Source: Candidatus Electrothrix marina
Lineage (GTDB): Bacteria; Desulfobacterota; Desulfobulbia; Desulfobulbales; Desulfobulbaceae
Reading direction: 5' to 3'
Length of the DNA: 24,000 bases
Assembly: GCA_965549605.1 (NCBI GenBank)
Contig: CBEVHG010000034.1
Location: 1-24,000 of the forward strand
Position numbers and translations under genes: made by a program. The notes beneath the pieces were generated by a model. That model saw only the letters and a list, made by a program, of their open reading frames with translations. It was not told where the DNA came from and did no database searches. Shown here one piece after another: positions 16,526 through 24,000 of the stretch (position 1 is the first letter of the stretch; each line of letters begins with the position of its first letter).

Positions 16526-17779
16526 TCAGAGGGCTCTGCCGAAATGGAGCACAGACTTGGCAATCACTGTTCCGCCCGGTGTCTGCACCCAGTCATGATG
16601 GCGGTCCTTAAAAGGGAGAAACACCAGGGATGACGAAATAATCTTCGGTTGCAGATAAGGGAGGTGCGGATAAACCTTCCGCTTGTTTGTCGCCGAGTCG
16701 GCCAGGACGAGTTTCAGGGATTGTTTTGCCTCGCTTAACGGCAGGGTGACCGGGTACATATCGGGCACAATCCGCATCTCCTTTTCCTGCTGTTCCCGAG
16801 TCAACCGCCATTGACTGACCGTGGCCTGTTTTGCGGTGCGGAGGAAGATTTTCGGGCGCAGCTTAAAGGCCGGTATCCAGAACTGCATGACCTGCTTTTC
16901 CCATTCCTTGCGCGGGACCAAGGGCTGATTCGTTCGGCGGATAAAGTCGGCAAAACTCTGAATTTCGACAGCGGGAAGATTGACGTTTATTCTCCAAAAA
17001 GGCAGATAGAGGGCTGTATCAGCCGGACCGGGAAACATGGTGCAGGGGATATGGGAAAGTTTTTTCGTCCCAATCCTCCAGGCCGTGTTGCAGTTTGAAC
17101 AGGTCAAGACTAGGCAGTCACCTTCCCCGTCCAGATTCCAGCCGCAACGAGGACAGAGGGTGGCGAGAAATTTCATCTGCCAGTTAGGTTGGAACGGAGT
17201 GCTTTTTAAGGCCTGAACAGCTGATGCATCGGCGTGGGCCAGAGATTCGCCCAGGACGGCATCAAAGAGTCCGTCCTCGCGGGGCAGGAGGGGGAGGTAA
17301 ATATAACTGAGGGTTTCACCGATATAGGCACGGTGGTACAGGGGGGCGTCCCCCTTTCGGGATAAGGACTGAATCCGGGCTGCTTTTTCCAGGATCTTTT
17401 GGATATTCACTGCCAGAGGGAGAAAATGGCCCTTTGTTTCGTTATGGACGCGAACCAGTTTCATCGCCTGGGGGCGAAGTCCGAGGGAAGGGGGAAGACC
17501 CGGCTGAGGACAGCCGTCCTGGGTGGTATCCAGCACCTTGTAGGAAATACCGGACTCGCTCACCGTAAAAATATTTCCCTTAAAACGGAGATAGGGGGCG
17601 TACAGAATCCGGTCCTGTTTTTCCGGTGTGACCCTGTTGGGTAAGGCATATCGGAAGGCCCCGGAACTCCGGAGGAAATTCTTTACTCCGCAATAGGGGC
17701 AGATCAGCAGACGATCCTCAACCGACAGGGTGACAGATCCGCCGCACTGGGGACAGGGCTGCTCAACTTGAATATTCAT
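16526..17779 (-). CDS. uncharacterised protein made of two copies of a zinc-ribbon-plus-beta-rich module
   Basis: 417-aa ORF whose ATG overlaps the upstream gene's stop (TAATG at 17777-17781). Two CxxC-x14-CxxC ribbons sit at C9/C12/C27/C30 and C209/C212/C227/C230, exactly 200 residues apart. Each is followed ~28 residues later by [IL]Y.P[YF][LW]R[FI]. I recognise no catalytic or DNA-binding motif. Confidence 0.75.
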   Translation of the reverse strand: MNIQVEQPCPQCGGSVTLSVEDRLLICPYCGVKNFLRSSGAFRYALPNRVTPEKQDRILYAPYLRFKGNIFTVSESGISYKVLDTTQDGCPQPGLPPSLGLRPQAMKLVRVHNETKGHFLPLAVNIQKILEKAARIQSLSRKGDAPLYHRAYIGETLSYIYLPLLPREDGLFDAVLGESLAHADASAVQALKSTPFQPNWQMKFLATLCPRCGWNLDGEGDCLVLTCSNCNTAWRIGTKKLSHIPCTMFPGPADTALYLPFWRINVNLPAVEIQSFADFIRRTNQPLVPRKEWEKQVMQFWIPAFKLRPKIFLRTAKQATVSQWRLTREQQEKEMRIVPDMYPVTLPLSEAKQSLKLVLADSATNKRKVYPHLPYLQPKIISSSLVFLPFKDRHHDWVQTPGGTVIAKSVLHFGRAL

Positions 17780-19797
17780 TACCTGCGTTGTGGATTGTCA
17801 TCCAGCACCCTCCGGACGGTCTTTGCCAGTTCTTTCCGGCTTATCGGTTTCATAAGAAACCCGCGCATTCCTGATGCCTTTGCCTGATCTCCATTCACCA
17901 GCTTGCTGAAACCTGTGCAGAGAATAATGGAGGCATTCGGCCTGAGGGCAAGATATTTGTCTGCCAGGTCAAGTCCGGTCATGTCGGGCATGGTCATGTC
18001 GGTGATAATAAGATCAAAGAAATCAGGCTGGTCCCGGAGCAGTTGCCAAGCATCTTTGCTGCTTGTCAACGTAGTAACCCTGTAGCCGAGATCCTCCAGG
18101 ATTTTTTGCCCCATCGCCACAATCACCTCTTCATCATCCAATAACAAAATTTTTTCATTTCCGACAGGTAAAGGTTCCTGTTTCGTTGAGCAGGATTCTG
18201 CGGGGGATGACTCAACGTAAGGCAGATAAACATGAAAAACACTTCCTGCACCGGGACTGCTGTACACGGAAATATGACCGCCGTAGCCAAGCACGATACC
18301 TTGAGCTATTGCCAGACCTAAGCCCGTACCCTGTCCTTGTCCTTTTGTTGTGAAGTACGGATCAAAGATCCGATCCAATATTTTCTTCTCCATGCCGTAA
18401 CCGGTATCGCTCACCTCAAGCCTCAAATATCGGCCGGGAGGCAGGAGCATCGCTAAAAAAAATTCACCGTTCTTTTCAACGTTGATCACACGTAAAGAAA
18501 CCCCCAGGATTCCGCCTGTCTCCTGCATGGCATGATAGGCATTGGTGCAGAGGTTCATTATGATCTGATGGATTTTTGTCGGGTCGGCATGAACCACACC
18601 GGATGTCGCCTGAATATCCTGTCGGATTTCAATGGTCGTCGGAATGGATGCCCGGAGCAGCTTCAATGCCTCCTTGACAATCAGATGAATTTGCAACGGT
18701 CGGCGTTCATGTTCACCCTGTCGACTGATGGAGAGAATCTGCTGCACCAGTTCCTTGGCCCGATTTCCGGCATCAATGATAGCCTGCTGTTCCCGCCAGA
18801 GCTCACTCCCGATTGATAATTTCTGCTGAACCAATTCCGCATAACCGAGAATAGGGGAAAGAATGTTGTTGAAATCATGCGCTATGCCGCCTGCCAGTGT
18901 TCCGATGGCTTCCAGACGCTGGGTCTGAAAAAGCTGGTGCTCAAGTTTCTTTTTTTCCTTTTCCTCTTTTTTCCGTTCGGTAATATTTCTGATAATTGCC
19001 CGTTCAAAGATCACTCTGCCTCCCTCGATCTGGGGAAAAGCATTGAGTTCCACGTTGATCAGTTCACCGGCCTGCGCAACAAAAACTGTTTCATAGTTTC
19101 TGACCGTTTCTCCGGAAAATACCCGTCGGAGGACAGCGGCTGTCTTTTCACGTTCATCCGGATGCACGATATCAAGCAGAGGCATACCGATATACTCTTC
19201 TTCGGAGTACCCCAAAGTCTGCAGCTCGGCAAGATTGGCATCAATGATTTTTCCGTCCAGCCCCACGATATGTACCATATCCAGGGCATCATTAAACAGA
19301 CTTCTGTATCTGACTTCATTTTTTCGTACGGTTTCATAGGCATTCTGCAATTCAACTGTACGCTCGGCAACTATTTCCTCCAAATTTTTCTGCATCCGCC
19401 GCAACTGCAAATGATTTTTTACCCGCGCCAATACTTCTTCGCGCTGGATCGGCTTGGAGATGAAATCCACACCGCCGACTTCGAATCCCCTGACTCTGTC
19501 ATGCAGCTCCTGTAATGCACTGACAAAGATAACAGGAACCTCGGCGGTACGCTTATCCTGCTTCAGCCTCCGGCAGAGTTCATATCCGTCAATGCCCGGC
19601 ATCTTGACATCAAGCAGGAACAAATCAGGGGGCGCGGCAAGTGCTGAATCAAGTGCCAGACCCGGTTCCTGTGTCGGGCGGACCTTGTACCCTTCCGAGG
19701 AAAGCATATCCGTCAGCAGACGCAGATTTTCCAGGGTATCATCAACGACCATAATTTCCCCGCTGTTATCAACCATTATCCTATCCTTTGCAGACAT
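17779..19797 (-). CDS. hybrid sensor histidine kinase, REC-PAS-HisKA-HATPase_c-REC
   Basis: 672-aa ORF. The N-terminal receiver has DLFLLDVKMPGIDG. A PAS region follows (RYRSLFNDALDMVHIVGLDGKIIDAN...), then the H-box GIAHDFNNIL. The ATP-binding boxes are NLCTNAYHA, DTGYGM and GTGLGLAI. The C-terminal receiver has DLIITDMTMPDMTG. I see no TM segment, so it is probably cytoplasmic. Confidence 0.9.
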   Translation of the reverse strand: MSAKDRIMVDNSGEIMVVDDTLENLRLLTDMLSSEGYKVRPTQEPGLALDSALAAPPDLFLLDVKMPGIDGYELCRRLKQDKRTAEVPVIFVSALQELHDRVRGFEVGGVDFISKPIQREEVLARVKNHLQLRRMQKNLEEIVAERTVELQNAYETVRKNEVRYRSLFNDALDMVHIVGLDGKIIDANLAELQTLGYSEEEYIGMPLLDIVHPDEREKTAAVLRRVFSGETVRNYETVFVAQAGELINVELNAFPQIEGGRVIFERAIIRNITERKKEEKEKKKLEHQLFQTQRLEAIGTLAGGIAHDFNNILSPILGYAELVQQKLSIGSELWREQQAIIDAGNRAKELVQQILSISRQGEHERRPLQIHLIVKEALKLLRASIPTTIEIRQDIQATSGVVHADPTKIHQIIMNLCTNAYHAMQETGGILGVSLRVINVEKNGEFFLAMLLPPGRYLRLEVSDTGYGMEKKILDRIFDPYFTTKGQGQGTGLGLAIAQGIVLGYGGHISVYSSPGAGSVFHVYLPYVESSPAESCSTKQEPLPVGNEKILLLDDEEVIVAMGQKILEDLGYRVTTLTSSKDAWQLLRDQPDFFDLIITDMTMPDMTGLDLADKYLALRPNASIILCTGFSKLVNGDQAKASGMRGFLMKPISRKELAKTVRRVLDDNPQRR

Positions 19798-19808
19798 CGG
19801 AAGCCTGC

Positions 19809-22800
19809 TTAATCTGTTGCGCTGTTCAGCAGTTCCAGAATCCGGCTGAATCGGAACTCCCGTATCAGCACCTGTAATCCGTCGGCGGTCTCGGAGTGCG
19901 TATGGAGGATCTCCCCGATTACCTCTTCAGCTGCTGCAACATCCAGCTTATGCGCCGCCTTTTTCAGTCTCTCACGTTGTTCGGCAGGAAGGTCTTTCAG
20001 CATTGCCGCTGTAACGATACTCTTCTGTTCCGCAGTGTTTTTTACTTGTCCTTCTTTGTAATTATACCGCAGGTCCAGATGTTTTTCCATGACAGAGAAA
20101 AGCTCCCCGGAGCGAAAGGGCTTATGCACCACCTCGTCACAGCCGGCCGCCAGAATTCTGTCGTGCTGGTGCCTGAAGACGCTGGCGGTGAGAGCCGCGA
20201 CAGGCACGCTGTTCCCGCCGGGCAGAACACGGATACGCCGGGTCGCCTCATACCCGTCCATCACCGGCATCCGTATGTCCATCCAGATGAAATGAGGCCG
20301 CCATGTTTCAAACATCGCCACCCCCTCTTTCCCGTTCACCGCCTCCCGCACCGAAAAGCCTGTTCGCGTCAGGAGGGCGGTAAGCAGCAGCCGGTTATCG
20401 GGATTATCTTCCACCACCAGAATGCGCAGCTCCGGCTGCCCTTCAGCCAGACCGATCACCTCCGGACCGGACTTCCGCAGTACAGCCGGTGTTTCGGCCC
20501 GATCAGGAGAAAGGAACACTCGTACCCGAAAAATACTGCCTTTTCCTACCGTGCTTTGCACCTCCAGAGTGCCGCTCATCAGCTCCGCAAATGAACGGGA
20601 GATCGCCAACCCCAGCCCGGTGCCCTTGCCGGCGCGGCCGCTGCCGGACTGGAAAAACGGCCTGAAGACAGATTGCAGGTCATCGGGAGGGATGCCGGGG
20701 CCGGTATCTTCCACCTCCAGTTCAAGCCGCAGGCCCTCGCCCTGAATCACGGTACGTGCCCGCAGGGCCACACTGCCCCTGCGGGTGAACTTCACCGCGT
20801 TGCCCAGCAGGTTGATAAGAATTTGGCGCAGTTTGTCCGCATCTCCCCTGACAAACCGTTCGATTTTCGGCGCGACCTCCAAGCTGAACAGGAGGTTCTT
20901 GGCCCCGGCCCGTGAGCGGATCATTTCCCCGACTTCTTTCAGCAGCTCGGGCAGTTCAAAGGGCTCGGAATTCAGCTCCGTCTTCCCCGCCTCAATCTTG
21001 GAAAGATCAAGGATGTCGTTGATCATCACCAGCAGGTGCTCGCCGCTGCGGTTGATGATGGCGAGTTTCTTCTCTTGATCGCCTGTCGTCTGCGGATCCT
21101 TTGCCAGCATTTCGGAGAAGCCGAGAATGGCGTTCAGGGGCGTTCGCAGCTCGTGAGACATGTTGGCAAGAAAAATACTCTTGGCTTTGTTGGCTGATTC
21201 GGCTTTTTCTTTGGCTGTCTGCAAGGCGGAATTCACGGTTTCTAATTCAGCGGTACGTTCCTTGACGCGTTGCTTCAGCGAATGATGGTTTTTCCGGTGC
21301 TGATAAATATACAACACCAGCAGAAAAAGAGCCAGGATTGACATCGCTCCGGCTACCCCCTTCAGCAGTTGAGTCCGGCGTCGTTCCTCCCTGTTCAGAA
21401 TTCCCATCCATTTTGCACGCAGATGATCATATGTTCCGTCCGCAATGATCACCATCAATCCTTCGTTAAGCAGAGCCAGCAGCTCTTTGTCGCCTTCGGT
21501 GACAGCAAAACAAAAATCCTGCCGGAGCTCCCGCAGCGGCGCAACAGCTGTCTTCAGATTATTCAGTTTTAATTTTTCAATCAGATTGAGCCCGACCAGT
21601 CGTTGCACAACCACAGCGTCCAATTCTCCTGCGGCCAGCTTTCGCATAGCTTCCTCAAAGGTCGGGGTTGTCACCAGCTTATCCGTGAATTTCTTTCGAC
21701 GCATAAACTCTTCAGCATTGTCACCCTGCATCACCCCGACCCGGTGACCTCTGAGGTCTTCAGGCGTTTTGATCGCGTCTTCATCATTACGCACAAAAAC
21801 AGCCCCGTAAAGCCTGATATAAGGAGCAGTAAAGTCAAAAACAGCCTCCCGTTCCGGTGAACGGCCGACTAAAGGCAGTGCATCCAGATGTCCGTTTTCA
21901 AGCTTCTGTTTGATTTCCCCCCAGGGTCCGACAGTAAAAACGACCTTCCGCCCCATCGCCGCCAATGCCGCCCGCATCAATTCAACGGAAAACCCGCCTG
22001 CGGAACCGTCATCCAGTACAATGGCAAAAGGCGGATAATCGAGTTCAGATGCAGACCTGACCGGATTATCTGCGGCCGCGCTGATGCCGGAACCGAGAGC
22101 AATCGAAAAAACAACACACGACAAAACAACACGGAACAGGGCGGAAAGCAGAAATCGACCCGAACCGTTTTGTTGGAATCTGTTGTGGTTATTCGTTTTT
22201 TTATCACTCTTCTCTTCGCCCTCAAGCAGTTCCAGAATCCGGCTGAAACGAAACTCACGGGTCAGCATCAGCAGTCCTTCTCCGGTTTCGGGATGATCAG
22301 AGCGGATTTTTCTGAGCACCTCTTCGGTCGCTGCAATATCCAGTTTCTGAGCAGCCATCCTCAATGCCTTTTTCTGTTCATCAGGCAGTTTCGCCAGCAT
22401 CTCCGCCGTGAGAATGACGGGTAACGGTACGTGTTCCGCATCCTCCGCGCCTTCATAGATATAGCGCACCTCCAGATGCTTTTTCATCGAATCAAAGATG
22501 TTCTGAACTCTGAACGGTTTATGCAGCACCTCATCGCAGCCTGCCGCCAAGATCTCTCGGTGCTGCTCTTTGAAGGCGCCGGCAGTAAGGGCCGCAATCT
22601 TCACCCTGTCCCCGCCGGGCAGAGCACGGATGCGACGGGTTGCTTTATAACCGTCCATCACCGGCATATGCAGATCCATCCAGATGAGGTGGGGGTGCCA
22701 CTCTTCAAACAGGGCAACGGCCTGCTCGCCGTTTGCAGCCTCACGGGTCTGAAAGCCCGCCTGTAAAAGAAGATTGTTCAGCAACAACCGGTTCTCGGGA

Positions 22801-24000
22801 ATATCATCCACGACCAGAATTCGCCATATGTCCTGACAGGACTCCAGTACCGGCAGCTCTCCTCGGGTCTCCTTGAAACGTTTTGTTTTTACAGGTTCGT
22901 CAGTAAGGAATGCCGGGAAATCAATGCGAAACAGAGTATCCTCTTCCGGAGTGCGGTTCAGGCTGAGTTCTCCCCCCATAAGTTCAATAAAGGATCTGCT
23001 GACTATCAGTCCCGGCCCGGAATTTTTATAGCTGATCTCTTCCGACTGATCCGGAGAAAGTGCTTCAAAGAGGTGTCCCGCCCGGTCCGCTGATATGCCT
23101 GTGTCGTTGTTTTTTACCTCTATTTGTACTGTAACCGCAGCGGAATCATCGGGTGCTGGCAGGCAGCGGACGCGTAAAAAACAGTCTTTGCCTGTGATGT
23201 TCAAAGCATTGCTGAGCAGGTTGATGAGAATGTGACGCAACTTGTCTCGATCCATCCTGATGCAGCAGGGCAAGTCCGGATCAAGTTCCATTATAAAGCG
23301 TTGTCCGGCAGTTCCGGCATGCGTTTTCAACCGTTCTTCTGTTTCCCGCAGCAACTCCGGCAAGTCAAAGATCTCCGGCTTCAGTTCCACCCGACCCGCA
23401 TCAATCCTGGCAAGTTCCAGGATATCATCAATTATGTTTAACAGATTTACGGCACTGCGATTGATAATGTCCAGCTTTTCCTGCTGCGCGGAATCAATGG
23501 CATGATCCCGCCGCATCATTTCCGAGAAACCGAGAATGGCATTGAGCGGCGTATGCAGATCATGGGACATATTGGCAAGAAAGATTGATTTGGCCCGGTT
23601 GGCCGCCCTTGCGGCATCTTCCGCCTGTTTTCGCTGTCTCACCTCCTTTGAAAGCTGTCTGTTCCAAAAGGAGAAGAGTATCAGGAGAGCGATCACTGCG
23701 GCCAGAATCTTCCAGAGCAGGGTGTAGTCGGTGCCGTGCTCATAGCGGATGGACATCCAGCGGTTAAAGAAAGCCTCTCTTTCCGGCTGCTCAATGCTGT
23801 CCAGAGCCTTTTGCAGGATACCGACAAAGATCGGCCAGTCATCACGTACCGCTACGGACAGATCATAAATGTAAGAGGTCTCGCCGGCGATGCGCACGTT
23901 GTTCAGACGTAACTTACCAAGGTAGTAACTGCCGGTAACCACATTGCCGATAAAGGCGTCCACCTTACCGGCGGCGACCATTTTCAAACCGTCATCGATT
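19809..24000 (-). CDS. tandem double hybrid sensor kinase, 5'-partial: [SBP_bac_3 - TM - HisKA - HATPase_c - REC - helical tail] x2 in one frame
   Basis: The ORF is open to the window edge. The in-frame codons upstream of the listed TTG read ...[18 protein letters not shown], which is part of a periplasmic-binding fold. Module 1 has H-box SHDLHTP and receiver [11 protein letters not shown]. Module 2 has a signal-anchor-like segment, an SBP_bac_3-like domain (LDYPPFAIV...GELDAVV), a TM segment, H-box SHELRTP, DTGPGI/GTGLGL and receiver [11 protein letters not shown]. The stop is at 19809-19811. Confidence 0.85.
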   Translation of the reverse strand, partial: IDDGLKMVAAGKVDAFIGNVVTGSYYLGKLRLNNVRIAGETSYIYDLSVAVRDDWPIFVGILQKALDSIEQPEREAFFNRWMSIRYEHGTDYTLLWKILAAVIALLILFSFWNRQLSKEVRQRKQAEDAARAANRAKSIFLANMSHDLHTPLNAILGFSEMMRRDHAIDSAQQEKLDIINRSAVNLLNIIDDILELARIDAGRVELKPEIFDLPELLRETEERLKTHAGTAGQRFIMELDPDLPCCIRMDRDKLRHILINLLSNALNITGKDCFLRVRCLPAPDDSAAVTVQIEVKNNDTGISADRAGHLFEALSPDQSEEISYKNSGPGLIVSRSFIELMGGELSLNRTPEEDTLFRIDFPAFLTDEPVKTKRFKETRGELPVLESCQDIWRILVVDDIPENRLLLNNLLLQAGFQTREAANGEQAVALFEEWHPHLIWMDLHMPVMDGYKATRRIRALPGGDRVKIAALTAGAFKEQHREILAAGCDEVLHKPFRVQNIFDSMKKHLEVRYIYEGAEDAEHVPLPVILTAEMLAKLPDEQKKALRMAAQKLDIAATEEVLRKIRSDHPETGEGLLMLTREFRFSRILELLEGEEKSDKKTNNHNRFQQNGSGRFLLSALFRVVLSCVVFSIALGSGISAAADNPVRSASELDYPPFAIVLDDGSAGGFSVELMRAALAAMGRKVVFTVGPWGEIKQKLENGHLDALPLVGRSPEREAVFDFTAPYIRLYGAVFVRNDEDAIKTPEDLRGHRVGVMQGDNAEEFMRRKKFTDKLVTTPTFEEAMRKLAAGELDAVVVQRLVGLNLIEKLKLNNLKTAVAPLRELRQDFCFAVTEGDKELLALLNEGLMVIIADGTYDHLRAKWMGILNREERRRTQLLKGVAGAMSILALFLLVLYIYQHRKNHHSLKQRVKERTAELETVNSALQTAKEKAESANKAKSIFLANMSHELRTPLNAILGFSEMLAKDPQTTGDQEKKLAIINRSGEHLLVMINDILDLSKIEAGKTELNSEPFELPELLKEVGEMIRSRAGAKNLLFSLEVAPKIERFVRGDADKLRQILINLLGNAVKFTRRGSVALRARTVIQGEGLRLELEVEDTGPGIPPDDLQSVFRPFFQSGSGRAGKGTGLGLAISRSFAELMSGTLEVQSTVGKGSIFRVRVFLSPDRAETPAVLRKSGPEVIGLAEGQPELRILVVEDNPDNRLLLTALLTRTGFSVREAVNGKEGVAMFETWRPHFIWMDIRMPVMDGYEATRRIRVLPGGNSVPVAALTASVFRHQHDRILAAGCDEVVHKPFRSGELFSVMEKHLDLRYNYKEGQVKNTAEQKSIVTAAMLKDLPAEQRERLKKAAHKLDVAAAEEVIGEILHTHSETADGLQVLIREFRFSRILELLNSATD
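19809..24000 (-). repeat. intragenic tandem duplication, period ~2.39 kb (two paralogous sensor-kinase modules)
   Basis: Equivalent DNA strings recur ~2392 nt apart. For example, TTCCAGAATCCGGCTGAA at ~19838 recurs at ~22230. The protein modules are colinear along their whole length. Confidence 0.8.

Noticed and set aside
1-24000. Search for CRISPR arrays, tRNA/rRNA genes, IS elements, integrases, toxin-antitoxin pairs or recognisable anti-phage defence genes
   Set aside because: I found no spaced repeat arrays, cloverleaf-like segments, terminal inverted repeats, transposase or recombinase motifs, or defence-associated domains by eye. The window looks like core chromosome and not an island. 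I had no tRNA or Rfam scanner to confirm this.

Overview
A chromosomal-looking, gene-dense bacterial window with moderate GC by eye. I saw no rRNA, tRNA, CRISPR array, transposase, integrase or phage gene. The gene content would fit a Desulfobacterota-type anaerobe, but that is only a guess without a database search.

Plus-strand and left-end genes, in order:
- hpt (minus strand)
- an MtaB-type radical-SAM methylthiotransferase
- a PEP-utilising, rifampicin-phosphotransferase/PpsA-like gene (minus strand), split into two ORFs by a frameshift at a 7-nt homopolymer
- a six-MCE-domain PqiB/LetB-like protein, translationally coupled to an FNR-like flavin reductase
- prmA
- a PrpE-like acyl-CoA synthetase whose first ~23 codons lie in another frame
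- a CydA-like membrane domain fused to a monohaem cytochrome c
- an AIM24/DUF124 protein with an extra N-terminal domain

The right half is one minus-strand gene string:
- a >1392-aa ORF, open at the window edge, that encodes two complete periplasmic-SBP hybrid sensor kinases fused head-to-tail
- a REC-PAS-HK-REC hybrid kinase
- a 417-aa uncharacterised protein built from two copies of a zinc-ribbon module, coupled by a TAATG overlap
- a CDA-family deaminase
- ampG

Best candidates for something undescribed:
- the signalling operon, whose only non-signalling member is the duplicated zinc-ribbon protein
- the orphan CydA-like/cytochrome c fusion
- the MCE-tube/flavin-reductase pair

Three reading-frame calls depend on single-nucleotide indels, so sequence accuracy needs checking before these are interpreted biologically.
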